DNA of 64,000 nt from the NCBI GenBank assembly GCA_012295275.1, contig CM022671.1, positions 17,918,001 through 17,982,000 on the forward strand, in the 5' to 3' direction. The notes below the pieces were generated by a model, which did not search any database, was not told the DNA's origin, and saw only the letters and a list, made by a program, of their open reading frames with translations. The stretch comes from Chrysomallon squamiferum (Eukaryota > Animalia > Mollusca). How positions within the stretch are numbered: the first letter of the stretch is position 1; each line of letters starts with the position of its first letter. The translations under genes were made by a program, and so were the position numbers. Below, in pieces: positions 40,997-54,443 of this stretch.

Positions 40997-43807
40997 CTAC
41001 ATTTGTTATGAAAACGAAGGTATTTTGGGAAAAAGAATTCATTTCGGAAATAGAAATCATTTTGTGAAAGAGTAATCATTTCTGAATAAGTATTCCAGAA
41101 AAGGAAGCATTTTAGAGTAAAAATTCCATTTCGGAAGAAGACATCATTTTAAATACGCAATAACGTTTTATCGGCTAAAGCCAAAAGCCTTCTTGAGAAT
41201 AAAAAAGACAGTCAGTCATGTTGCAAAAAGCATCAAAATTACTAAATTTCTCAATCATCCATTAAGTATATTCATTGCTGAAGCTTTTCTAGTTTGATTT
41301 CTTCCAGTAAAACAGTTTCATTATAGTGTACAGACACTAAGGAGACTTGATCAAACAAGTGACTTCCAGCTGATTATGATCAGCATGAAAAGCTTGGCTG
41401 TTGAGTTACACAACACCAATAAACACACCAGACAAAGTTAAAAGTGATATTAATGGACGACGGCACAAGTTGAAAAGGTGCAAAAGCCTCAAAGTGCATT
41501 TTGTTTCTGTGCGTTAATTCAATTTTAAATGAATAATTTAGAAAAAAAAGAAAAAAAAGAAAGAAAGAAAAGAATATTCAGTCCATGTAACTGAATAATT
41601 TAAAAATGAGCTTTTAAATGTCTCTTGCAAAAAGTGAAAAAGTGACAGTTTTCCTCTTTAAAAATGTTTTTAAATTTTATATTTTTTGTTTTAAGTAGTT
41701 TGTATCACTTCAAGAACAATGCATTATGTGTTGCACTTTAATCTGAGAATTTCTCAAAGTTTTGAAAGATATGACAAACATTATATTGACAAAACTGTAT
41801 GTATGTATATATGTTTATGTATGTGTTTCATATAAATACTGTTATTTTATGTGAATTCAATAATTTATCTTTAAAGCAAGTACCATTATTAAATATTTTG
41901 TATATTTTTATTATCCTTATTTCAAACAAATATCATTATCTTCACTTCTTATGATCATGTTTATTATCGATGTTTGAAATACATATACTATTATTTAAAC
42001 ATCATATAAACACCACACTTCAAGTTTAAGTCTCAATTATATTTTGCAAGTTTCTTACATATTTTAGTATTAATTTTTCATACAAATACCAATACCATTG
42101 TTTCATTTTAATATCGTTATTATCTATGTTTCATTTTTTCTTTTTTAAACTTATTATCCCTTTCTATACAGAATAACCTAGAAAATGAAACAGTGATAAT
42201 AAATAAATAAATAAATACAAATACTGGAAAGAGTTTTTGCTGCATTTAACAAAAATAAGACTGGACACAATCAACAATCATTTAAACAAGAAAAATGCCA
42301 AATAATCTACAGTCTTCTGGTAAGCAGATCAGATGTAAAACACTATTTTATATGCCCAGTTAGATGCAAACAATGCTTAATCTTACTTTTTCTTTCTTTT
42401 GTGAAAAATGCAGACATTATTGCCAGAAGAATCGAACTTGGCATAAGACAACCTGAAGAAATCTAGTGTAAAAATATCAGTACAGCTATCTGTACTATCC
42501 AGAATTCTCCTGGAACTGACTGAGATTTAAAAACAAAAAACTTTAAATCTCCATACTGAGCTATCACTATTATCTTGAGCCATTCTGAATCTGAGATAAA
42601 AACAAACCTAAGATCACAGTTATCTGCATTGTCTAAAACTCTTCTGGTACAAAGGTGAAAAAAAAAAAAACAAAAAAGAAAAAAAAAAGAAAAAAAGAAA
42701 GAAACTGAAAAAAAAGAATGATGAAAGAAGATGAAAGAAACAAACAAACAAGTAAAGGTACATAACATTCTTAAAGATTTTTTTTTAGTTAGAACAAGGA
42801 TTTTTCTTGTTCAAAATTAACTTGTAAGTCATGTATTTCTCAAGAACTGAATTAAATGTATTTTACATTATCTTCTCTCTAAGTACTTCCCAGAGAACTG
42901 AGAGTTAATATAATTATGTATGATTTAGTGAAAGGATAATGTTAAAAGAACAGATTGGGAACCTTCCAAAATTATCAAATTAAATTTCTATAAGTAACTT
43001 TAAAATAACTTGATTTTGTGTCAACATACAATAATGAGACCTATATCATTTTATAATTTATATTATGTGAATATCTGTTCATCAAAAAACATTTCTCTTA
43101 TACCACCATTTACAACTACATATTTTATATTGCATCATTTTGATTAAGTAAGCAACATCAGTTTCATTTTCTCTGAATTATATACACACACACATATATA
43201 TATATTAGCAGAGCTAAAAATTTGCATTAATCTCTAAATCCGATTCACCTACATAAAATAACCTAATCCATTTGGATTTGTGTGAAATATTTCTAAAATT
43301 CTATTAAATTGAAAAATCAACAAATGTCACCAAATTAAAAACAAAAATAGTCTGGTTATCAAGCATCAGTTTGATTCAAAAGCATAGCATACATTCAAAT
43401 CTGATTATGTTCGAAACTTCATGGTTTATTGAGAACTAGTCTGGCCTGAAGCCAAGCAGTGGTTGACCCATTTCTATGAACCAAATTGCCAACAAAGAGA
43501 ACTGAAAGTAACATGTTTGTTCAGTTCTTACAAAATAACAATATGTAGTAATTTAATGTGCCAAATTTAGTATTATATCAACATTATTATGTTCCTAACC
43601 TTAAAGTTTCTGCTTTTTTTTTTATCCATAATTTTATATTTGTTGGTTGTGGAAATATAAGTCCAATTACAAATACCTATTTTATTTCTGTGTGTTGAGC
43701 ACATTCAATAGAATGAAATGCTTAAAATAAAAACAAATCCAATAAAAGATAGTTCATTTTATTTTTTGTGTTGATCATATTAAGTTACAGGAAAACAAAG
43801 CTTTTAT

Positions 43808-43846
<39 letters not shown>

Positions 43847-44147
43847 GGATATACTGTTGCTGACAAATTGGTTATTTTTTTCCAATAAATAGTAAGGGTT
43901 GTTTTATATACACTAATCTATATATAGTTGTCACATTTGACACAGAATTCTATGTAACTAACACTATTATAAAGTTGTTCTTTGAAACTGCTGAGAATCA
44001 GAAGTTTCTCATGGACTGCTTCCAGGAGAATCCACATGGATTCTTGTGAAAAAAAAGCCAAATTTTGAGCCCTGGTTAGTGTTTTGTTTTTGTATTTATT
44101 TCAATATTATAAGTAATCTGTGTGATGAAAACATTGGTGACACTTAC

Positions 44148-44336
44148 CTATAGCTGCCTTCCCCCAGATCTCAACAATGTACTCTTCTGTGGTGTTGTCT
44201 TTGCTGTCTAGGGGACTGCGGCCCAAGGAATGTTCCATCTCCCACTGTATTTTAGGGGGTTCATGGTACACGAATCGATCTTTTTCATTCTCAAATTCTT
44301 CACCCCAAGGATTCCACTCAACATCTTCAGAGATAT
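44148..44336 (-). CDS. RXYLT1: Internal coding exon (probably exon 2) of ribitol-5-phosphate xylosyltransferase 1 (TMEM5) orthologue; stem region and start of the conserved luminal domain
   Basis: Minus strand reads atttatttcAG|ATATCTCTGAAG…GCAGCTATAG|GTaagtg, with canonical acceptor and donor. The exon is 189 nt, phase 1-1, and open: xISEDVEWNPWGEEFENEKDRFVYHEPPKIQWEMEHSLGRSPLDSKDNTTEEYIVEIWGKAAI(G). WNPW and IWGKAAIG match the vertebrate TMEM5/RXYLT1 sequence as I recall it (EEWNPWE…VQIWGKAAIGLYLWEHIF). Confidence 0.93.
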
Positions 44337-44944
44337 CTGAAATAAATATTTGAAAATAATGAAATAATCATCATTATTACAATCAATATTATCATCATAA
44401 TTATTGTAACCTACATTATTATCATAATTATTAAAATCAACACCATAATTATTATAATCAACATTGTCTTAATCAATATGATCAGTATCGCAATATTAAT
44501 ATAATATTAATAATAATATTGTTGCTATTATCATCATCACCATCATTGGTACCACCACCACCACCACCACAATAATCATCATCATTATTATTACTTGTTT
44601 GTTCAAGTGCACATCAATTTAAGGCAGTTTTATTGTATCATTATTGTATCACTATCATGAATATAAACCATCCACCCTCCTCTTTCTTCCTTCCTCCCAC
44701 CAAAAAGTAAACAGAAAAAAGGAGTTAATAAATGAAAGAGAGAGAGAAAAAATTCTAAAGTAATGAAGCTGAGACTAGAAATATCATCTTCATCATTAAC
44801 ACTCAAGACAAGATACTTGAAAACACATTAACATGTACTTGCTGTAAAGAACTGTTTTCTTAGTATGTTCAGTACATCTAATCTATTTACTTGTTTACTT
44901 CATTACTTAAACTTGAGACTTCAAAAAACTATGTTAATGTATGT

Positions 44945-45009
<65 letters not shown>

Positions 45010-45708
45010 TGTACATATCTGTTTATTCCACTATTTAATCTAATACTTGAAAACTGTGTACAAATATGTTTTTTTCCCTCTCTCTTTGAAATATAATGTT
45101 TACTTGTTTATGTAATCTAAACTTGAAACAAATCTGTATTTATGCACATTTCTCTCTCTTTCTCTTTGCCTCATTCTGTTTCCCCATCTTTCTTTCTTTC
45201 TTTCTATGTTTCTCTCTAACTCTTTCTGTCTCTCTTTCTTTCCCTTTCTTTCTCTCTAACATATATTTGTGTGTGTGTGTGTGTGTGTGTGTGTATTTAC
45301 ACATTTACTTCATTACTAAATGATGCATTTACCAGTTAGTTTAAAATAACTCAAGAAAAGTCAAACTCATTATAGTAAATTGGTTTATCACTCAGATATC
45401 TTATACAATAAACAATAATAAATATTCTCTCATTATTTTCTTCTATTACTGTCTCTCCATCCCTTCAGTAATAAAAAGCAAATTGGATTTAGAATTTCTG
45501 TAAGTGTAAGAATAAATTTTGTGTTTTTAATTTGTCATTTCTCTATGCATGTTTTTGGAGTATTATATATTTGATCTATTATTTTTTATTTTATATTCCA
45601 TTTTTTTTCTATTTTTTTTTTAACATCACATTCAAATGCTTGAAGAGTTTTAACATTTCTTATTCAAAATTTTTACTTTATTATTTCATTTATTAAAAGT
45701 AAATAGTA

Positions 45709-45763
<55 letters not shown>

Positions 45764-46749
45764 TTTTATTTTTGCTACTTCTTAAGAAATTAAGAAAACA
45801 TTGCTCACTGAATATCCATAAATTCAGTATCTATTTCCAATTGTTCTTTCACAACTACATTCATCTTAATGCTATATGCTAGAAATAAACAATACTTTCT
45901 TTTTACCTTTCCACAGGTCTTCAGCAGTCAAAACAATGTTCTTAAAAGCATCATTCCAAATGTACTTTGACAGTCCTTTCACCACAACATTCACATTAAT
46001 CCCATCATGCAAAAACTTCACAAATTTATTTTGTATTTCTGACATTTCCATAATTCATTTAGCAATTACAATCATATCTTTTTAAGATACTGAATCTGCA
46101 AAGCATGCATTTATGTTAATTCTTTTACAGTTATATTCATCTTAACAGCACCATACAAACACACTGAAACAAACTCAGTGTGTGTTTTTTCAGACACTTC
46201 CAACAAACATTCATCAGTTAACAGCAATTTTAGAGTTTTGAATATCCTTAAATATATTGCAACTGGTGTTCTTTAAAAAAAAATGTACCTCCCTTTCAGC
46301 AATTAGGAACATATTTTCAAGGTTTTGCAAAAATCTGCTCATTAATCTTGCATTTATAAAAATATATATTTAAAAGGTATTTATTTAATTTTTTTATTTT
46401 ATTATTATTTTTTTTTTTTTTTTTTTTTTTTTTGTTGATGGTTTCACCTTTCTTTACTTACAAAATGGATCCTAACACTTCTCAAAAGCTGTGTATTAGC
46501 TGCCATGATGAGAACATGAAGAGGCATTAAAAGAAGAAAACCGTCTCATCTCCAGTGAATACGGGAGACTAAAGATGTTCATCAGAGTGGTGTAAATCTA
46601 CAAAGTTCATTACTCTGACACAATCTTTTATTGAAAGGCAAAGAGGAAGATGAAGAGCAGTTACGCAGCCAGGGCAAGCAAGGCTGAAAATTTAAAGTAT
46701 ATTTGTCTGTAGCCTTCCTTGCTCTGTCAAGCCAACTCTTTACAAGTTC

Positions 46750-47800
46750 TCTCAAGCCAAATAAATGTAACTCTTATAATAAAAGATTTTCAAAAGTTTA
46801 AAGTTTTTGGATGGATTTTTAACGTTAGGCCAGTAAATACACTTAAAGGTTCTGGAATAATTTTAAAAAGATAATTTAGTGACAGGTTATTGAATTTTTT
46901 TTTTGTTTAGGTTTTTGGGGGTTTTTTTTGTTTCTTATTCTCTCAGGCCAATAAATTAACACCTACTGTAAACAATTTTGAATTTTTTGTTTTGTTTTTT
47001 TAAGTATTATTTTGTGAGTTTTTTAAAGTTAGGCCAGTAATATAATATAATATTCATCCTTAAGGATTTGAGAAAATTTTAAACAGATAATTTGGTTACA
47101 TTTCTTTTTTTTTTCCTTTTTTTTTTTTCTCAGGCCAATAAATATAACACTTCTACTTAAAGATTTCAGAACTGATTATTCTGCCATATTTCATTCTAGT
47201 TCTGTCAGGCCATTAAATGTAAAATGTATCTTTAAAAATAAAGTTCATATTGTATTAGTTTATATTTCTAATAAGTTTAAAATTAGCATTAAGTCAATAA
47301 ATATAACATTTGTCTTTAAAGATTTATGAAAATTTAAGTTTGATTATTTTACAACATTTTTTTCAAGTTCTCTCTGACCAATAGTTATAACATTTATCTT
47401 AAAGATTATAGAAAATAAAAAATAAATTTGTCCTGTTCAGTGTCTATATTTTATGAAATCTGAAACAGATGCATTAATCAAATTAAAATAGTCTGAAAAT
47501 GGCAAGAATTCTTTAAGTTTATATTAGGCCAATAACATTTATCCTTAAATCTAAAACTGATTAGTTTTCTCAGATCAAAAAATGTAAATTTATTTTTAAA
47601 TATAAAAAACAAAAAAAACAAAAAAATAAAATAAAATAAAATAAAATTAATAATAATAATAATAATAATAAATTTTAATACTGTATTAATTTTTGTGAAT
47701 TTGTTTTTTAAATATTGGAATGAATTTCGTAAATCATTTAAAAAAAGCACACTTTCTCTTAGGCCTATAAATATAACTCTTAAAGACCACAGAAAATCAA
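46750..47800. repeat. Degenerate array of about 80-110-bp units, about 9-10 copies
   Basis: aggcca(a/g)taaatataaca…cttaaagatt recurs, separated by variable T-rich linkers. Confidence 0.8.
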
Positions 47801-49559
47801 AAGGACAATTTCCTACTGCATTAATTTGTATCTTTGGTGAATATTTGATGCACAGTTGCATATCAATTTAAATCTTAAAACTATCCATTTTTTATGTTTT
47901 CAAAGGCTAATAAAAGTATAATTTAGCTCTTCACATTAGGAAAAAAAAATATATATGAAAAAAATTTAGAAAATTATTCAGTTTATTGTTTTCCAAATTT
48001 TTTTAAAATGTACAAGGAACTTTAAAATTGGCATGTATCTTCTTATAAGTTCTCCAGTGTTTCTCATAATAACTGTAATACTTATTCTTAAAGATTACAG
48101 AAAGGATTAACTTGAACTGCTTTTTCTCAAGTATCTCTATCAAGCATTTTTAAACTTCTTATACTGCTAAACTTCCATTCTTTAATATTAATCAAACAAT
48201 ACTTTAAAAACCACAAGATAATCAAAATCACAAGATTTTTCAAAACAATTTCTCTTCTTTTTATTTTTTTCAATCCATAACAGCCACACACCTGATGTGA
48301 TTATAGTTTTCTAACAAGCCTTACGCTAATACTTAACAATCCATATATTGGAGAGAGATTAAAAAAGAAAAAATATGATTAAAGAACGACCACCTTTATG
48401 AGTGAATGTAGTTGTAATAGGAAAGATCTGAGATGAAAAGAGACATGGTATCAGGCTGGGGAATAGAGAACCATGAAAAGGGAATCAACGATTTTCTGGC
48501 AATTGCTTGACAGTAATGGAAGTTAATTTACATTACTCACTTGAGAGAGTGTGACTGGCTGCTTATTGATTTGCTTCCAATCTCTAATCAATTCACTTAC
48601 ACCTCCATCAGCACCAAGTAAAAATATATCTACTTCTTCATTCCACGTGAGCTGGGCAATTATAAAATTTCCTTCAAGTGTTTTCTTACCTCCTGTTTAA
48701 GGCTTTTTAAACTGTTTCAGTGTCGCTCATCCTTGAGTCTTTAATACAGAATTTCACTGCCTGAATTTACTTTTTTTTTAATTTTAATTAATATTCATCT
48801 TATTCTCATACTTTTGCAAAAAAACTAAAATTACCTTGTTTATTAAGTATTTATTTTATTAAAATTTTTGAATGTCCAAGACCTGATGGAACAAAGCTAA
48901 AGTTGACAAAGTAATTTAGAATTATTAGAATTTTTCTTCTCTGCATAAAATAATATTAGTAAATGTCATTCTTGGAATCAGGTTCTTAAAAACAATGCTT
49001 TCTTGTCCCTTTCTGAAGTATATAAAAAATAAAACTGAATAAACTAAAACATTCATCCTGCATGTCTGAATCATCATTCATTCCAAAAATATTTCTATTC
49101 ACTTAAAGGGATGCTTGAAGTGGATTTACAGAAAACAATTCAAGGAACTTTATAAGCATCCTTGAAGTGCATTTATTTGAAATCTTTCTATGTCCCTGCT
49201 TAAAACATCTTTTAAAATATTTTCTATATAATTACAAAATTTCCAGTAAACCTTTTACTGTACTTTCATTTATAAATGTTTTGTGTTATAAACTGGACTC
49301 ATCCTTTGATCCATTGTATCTAAGCTCAATGATCACTTAAAATATCCATCTTTTTATTTTATTCTTTTTCTTTTGTAACTGCATTTAAAAATACCCATTA
49401 AGATCTTTTCCTGCACTTAGACATAACCATTAAGGTTTATGCTATATTTCCACTTAAAAACCTCTTCTATAATCTTTTCTGTACTATAACCTTAACTCTC
49501 TACATAAAACTAAGGTTAATATACATATATGAATTAGAGAATGATGATAACATACCTAC

Positions 49560-50265
49560 AAATGATCTAAATCTTCAATTTTTAAAACCTATGGCTTAAT
49601 CATAAACCTAATGTTTAATTTATTGTAAGACAGAAACTCATTCTGTAATATCTAAAACAGAGGGTTTATATAATTTTTTCCAACTACTATACCTTCTGGT
49701 CTCAAAACCACTGCCAGCAGAAACTACAAGAATATCTGGGCTTATAGAAATGTTATTGTAAGTTACATCTTTCAACTACCATAGTTGAATTCTCAATCGT
49801 CTGGTCTTAAAACCAATGGTTTAACCATTGTTAAACAGAAACCTGTTCTGCAATATCCAAAATGGTGGCCTCACAGAAATAATTTTTTCCAGTTATAGCT
49901 TCCAGCTACCTCACCAAGATTTGACATCTCAACCTTCTGATCTTAAACTGATGGCTTAACCATCTTATACAGAAACTGTTTCAGTAATATCTGGGATGGT
50001 GAGGTTATAGAAATTTTATTCTAAGTAATGGCTTCCAGCTAGCATACTTAGATTTGATCTGTCAACCTTTTAGTCTTTAGCTGATTAGAAATACATTCAG
50101 CAATATGTAGGATGGTGAGTATAGAGAAGTGTTGTGGTTTTTTTAAAGTTATAGATGCTAATGACCACACCAAGATTCAATTTCTCAATATTTTAGTTTT
50201 AAACAGATGGCTTAAGCATTATAAAACAGAAATAACTGGGATGGTGAGTTTATAGAATTTTTTCT
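49560..50265. repeat. Degenerate tandem array of about 90-140-bp units, 5-6 copies
   Basis: Recurrent cagaaac…g(c/t)aatatct…gatggtgag…atagaaat…ttccagcta…agatttga…tcaacctt…gatggcttaa. Confidence 0.8.
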
Positions 50266-50622
50266 TCCGTCTATCTAAAGCAATTGATTTGATTATATCT
50301 GGTGCAGAACTAATTGAGCCAGTAATATAGACTATTTATATCCCTACTAAAAAATTAATAAATTCATGTCACAGTGTAATCTGCCATTCTAATGCTCTTT
50401 GTATCAGAAAAGTCTGTCTTCTTGTTTCATACCAGTGATTTTGTTTTCATTTGTTTGAATGCAGTAATGGTTTATTTTTATGTGTATATGCAAGACAAAG
50501 AGGTTTCTTGTGTGTGTGTATGCATTTATCTATGATTCAGATGTAAATGGATATGTGCATGTGTGTGTGTGTGTGTTTATATAAATGCATTTGTATGTAT
50601 CTATGTATATATGTAATTATGG

Positions 50623-50671
<49 letters not shown>

Positions 50672-50850
50672 TGTATGTATGTGTGTGTATATATATTTAT
50701 ATATTGATTGATGGATGAATAATAGTACTAATGTATTTAATATAAGTGTATGTAAGGTATATGCATTTGTGTGTATATATTCACATGTATCTACTAATGC
50801 CAAATCAAGCTATGTTCTTATATATCACACCTCTCAGATCAATGTTTTCC

Positions 50851-50900
50851 TGTTAGCAGTAAAAGATCAATTACATGAACCATCTCATAAACAGGAAAAC
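50851..50900 (-). mobile_element. Fragment of the same SINE-like family, inverted
   Basis: The reverse complement ctgtttatgagatggttcatgtaattgatcttttactgct is 35/40 identical to 40456-40495. Confidence 0.6.
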
Positions 50901-50977
50901 AATCTTTGATAATGCTGTTATTCATCTCTTGGTAAGTACTGAACCTGTATTCCACTGGATCTAAGCTTAAATGTTTT

Positions 50978-51067
50978 CTGTATGTCTTCTGTAGCAATAG
51001 CAGGCTGTAGATCTATGGTTAGAGCATATTAAATGAGGAGCCTGCTATTGCTACAGAAGACATACAG
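50978..51067. repeat. Perfect 29-bp inverted repeat with 32-nt spacer (hairpin/cruciform)
   Basis: CTGTATGTCTTCTGTAGCAATAGCAGGCT (50978-51006) is the exact reverse complement of AGCCTGCTATTGCTACAGAAGACATACAG (51039-51067). Confidence 0.95.
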
Positions 51068-51264
51068 TGTCTAAAACTGCTGGTGATTTGTATATCTCAA
51101 AACCCAAAGGATTGTTCCAGATGATGAACTCAGAACAAGGCTGATTAGGTTTAAAATCCATAACATGCTGTAGCCTGGAGTCACTTCCTAGCCAGACAGT
51201 TTATTACGTTGTCTTATAATGTAGTGGAAAAAGTAACTCTAATGTGGCAACTTTATTATTGTTG

Positions 51265-51314
<50 letters not shown>

Positions 51315-52887
51315 TATTATTGATTGTATGGTTATTATCATCAGATCATAATCATTATCATTTATTTATTTATTATTATTAATAGTAGTAGTAGTAGTAT
51401 CATATTTATCATCATTATTATTATTACTATTTTTTTTAAATAAATGTTTATTTTTATTTTAATATTATTATTAAATTAAAACAATTAAAAATAAAAATAT
51501 AACAAATAAAAAATCAACAATTTTGAAACAAATTAACAACTGCAGTCTTAAAAAATAACTGTAAGTAAAATTTAACTTCTTGCCATCTCTTCTCTAACCC
51601 ACCTCTCTCTTTCTTTTTTTTTTTTTTTTTTAGATTTTCTGAAGTGGTTAATGGGCAGAAGAGAATCATGTGTATGTATATTTGTTCACATGTTGAAACA
51701 CCTGGAGGTTACCTGTAAACAATAAATCATCAATGGAAGGTGTGTGTGGCCTCACCTGACCTGATACCAGCAGACAAACCCTAGTACGTTGCTGAACAAT
51801 AGACAGGTGTATCATTCACATGACCATAGAAATGAAACGTCTGTCTGAGGCTATAACGTTCATTGATCAACTTACAGTCAGTGAGACAATGGGAAAACAC
51901 ATACATACAAGCAGAGAGAAAGAATAAAGAGAATATATTTTGTTTCTCAGCACTGGAAATGTGCTTCCAATAAATAAGAATGTTTATAAGAAATGCTGAA
52001 TGCTGTGAGGCCTTGACGGATGCCTGGTTCTGCTTCTGGTTTTTGTTTCAGTTTGTCTGTTTCTGGATGGGGGTCTGTTTCTTGTAAAAAAAAAATGTCT
52101 TTGTATGTGTATGTTTGTGTGTGTGTGTGGTGGGTTTGGCAAGGGAATGTGGGTTTGAGCAGGGTATGGTGTCAGTGATAACCAGTTATAAATAATTCCA
52201 GGACTACCATCAGTAAAAATCATACTCATAATTTCAGTGATGACTGAATGCACTTTCGTGGCCTTTTCTGTTTTCATTTCCAGTTGTTCTTATACCTGTG
52301 AATATTTCAGTTATACAGGATGTCAGTGTATTATTTGAAATATCAAAAGCCTCAAAAAACAACCTAAACATTAATGTATACAATTCTTCGTATCAATCAT
52401 TACTTGGAAAATTAGATACAGGAATGTTAAAGTTTAATTTGTAAATGTTACATGTTTTACTGAATGATGAGTTTAGAAATAAACACATAGACTGTTTAAG
52501 TTTGTTATTTATGTTACTGAATATTTTTCCTTACAAATAAATCCTAAGACTGTTTAAAATCTATTTCTGTGGATTTTGGATAAGAGAGCTGATCTGTGTA
52601 CAGTTTTAAAATATCACTACAGCACTGATAAAATAACACATAAAACTGCAGTAAATAATGACTACAGATACAAGATTGTTTCTAGTTTCAGTTTCCATTT
52701 ACATTTTTAACAGTGCATGATTTTAGCCATGTAGAAATCTGAATCTTCATAACTACCACTAATACAAAAAGAATTCAGTACTTCAGACATCACATTTTGT
52801 TATTTTCATTCAGTTTTTTCATGTGTCTGTAGCTTTAATTGCAACAATTTGAATCTTGATCTTAGCAACCAATGAAACTAATAATAA

Positions 52888-52918
<31 letters not shown>

Positions 52919-53688
52919 AAGAAGAAGAAGAAGAATATTGTAAATACAAGTAACAGACTGAGAATGTTTCTAGTTTCAATACACTCTGATTAAAGTGAAA
53001 AAAAAACAGTATTTATCAGAAAATACATACACATTTGAGCTCATTTTCACTTTCATTTCCTTCCTTTTTTTTTTTCTTCTGGTGTAATGGTTTTATTTTT
53101 TACACAGTTGTGACCTTTCACAACTAGCAGCAATAAAACATCACACACATAATTGCTATAAGCACATTCAGACCTGTTTCTGGTTTCCATTTCCATTTGT
53201 TTTTGACCTGACCAAGACTTCACTTGTCTCTGGTTATGAATTGTTCATGACTGTTGCCAATAAAAGCAGGCTCGCATTTCACCTGCTAAACTATTGTACA
53301 TAATGATAACTGTTTACAGTTCTGTGATGAAAGATATCAAAATACTGTGGTAGTTGTGTGTGTAAATAACTAGCTGATGATAAAATGATTATAATAAAAA
53401 AAAGAAAAAAAATCTTAGATGATAAAATGATTGCTGTAATAAAAATAACAAAAGTAATAGTAAATCTTATTCCTTTGATGTTTACTGTTTTTGGTACACG
53501 TGTTTATCAAACTGTCTGACCTCAGATGAACTCTTTCTAGGTAGTTGTAATATAATATGTGATATCTATCTTTTGAAATCCAGTTGTAATCAAGAGTGCA
53601 TTGATCCATTTCCCGTTCCAACCAATACTGCTATGATATTCAAATCATTTGTACCAAGCTGTTTTATATATATATATATATATATATA

Positions 53689-54443
53689 CAGTGGGTCCTT
53701 GACTTACAAGTGCCCCAACTTATGAGTTTTTTGAGTTATGAGCAGTCACCCAGTCGAAATTTTGCTTTGAGTTGCGAGCCAAAATCTGAGTTACAAGTGA
53801 GCTTCACATATGCCACCACTAGTTGGTGCAAAGAACAACACGACATTTGGCCAGCATGCTGCATCCCACTCATTTACTTCACTTGGTTAACTCACCACGG
53901 ATGCATCTCTGTTGTGTTGTGCTCATGTTTTGTGCAGTATTTTGCCCAATTTTGTTTTTTTATGACCATTTATCCTAAGAAAGTGAGTGCTGAGAAGAAG
54001 AAGAAGATTGTGAATTAAAGTGTGAAATCATAGAAAAAACATGAGTGAGGTGTGCAAGTAGTAGACTTGGTGAGGCAGTACAAGTGTACTATTTCTATGA
54101 TATGCATTCTGAAACTGAAGGAGTCGATAAAGGCTGTAACGACAGTCAAAGGCATGAAAATAATTTGTCTGATCTCCAAGAACACTTTACAAAACCAATT
54201 TGTTTCTTCACATTCTCTTTTATTTTGTTTTTATACAGTATCTGTCATTTATAAATATATTTTTCTTATTTAAAAACACATTACAAAAAAAAAGAGAAAA
54301 AAATGGGGTGGTTTTTGAGGGGCTGGAATGGATTAATGGTATTTCAATTAATTTCAGCTGAGAAAATTGATTTGATTTACAAGCAAATTAAGATATGAGC
54401 TCAGTCACGGAACGAATTAAACTTGCATGTCAAGGTACCACTA
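53689..54443 (+). mobile_element. Internally deleted, decayed Tigger/pogo-type (Tc1/mariner superfamily) DNA transposon, 755 bp
   Basis: The left end CAGTGGGTCCTTGACTTACAAGT and right end ACTTGCATGTCAAGGTACCACTA are inverted repeats (18/23 match). Both ends abut (TA)n, consistent with a TA target. A CENP-B-like N-terminal transposase relic lies inside. Confidence 0.88.
53974..54170 (+). pseudogene. Transposase N-terminal HTH (psq/CENP-B-type) remnant, frameshifted, with a stop
   Basis: Stitched frames read PKKVSAEKKKK…LKCEIIEK…HE*GVQVVDLVRQYKCTISMICILKLKESIKAVTTVKGMKII, resembling Tigger-family transposase N-termini. The DDE domain is absent. Confidence 0.8.

Noticed and set aside
40253-41883. 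Exact 21-nt repeat atttatctttaaagcaagtac at about 40253 and 41863 as a target-site duplication
   Set aside because: The intervening 1.6 kb shows no element hallmarks (no TIR, poly-A tail or ORF), so the match could not be interpreted.
48690-48760. Minus-strand GAG|GTAAGA donor as the end of RXYLT1 exon 1
   Set aside because: The required reading frame has a TAA three codons upstream, there is no transmembrane segment, and the candidate acceptor lacks a pyrimidine tract.
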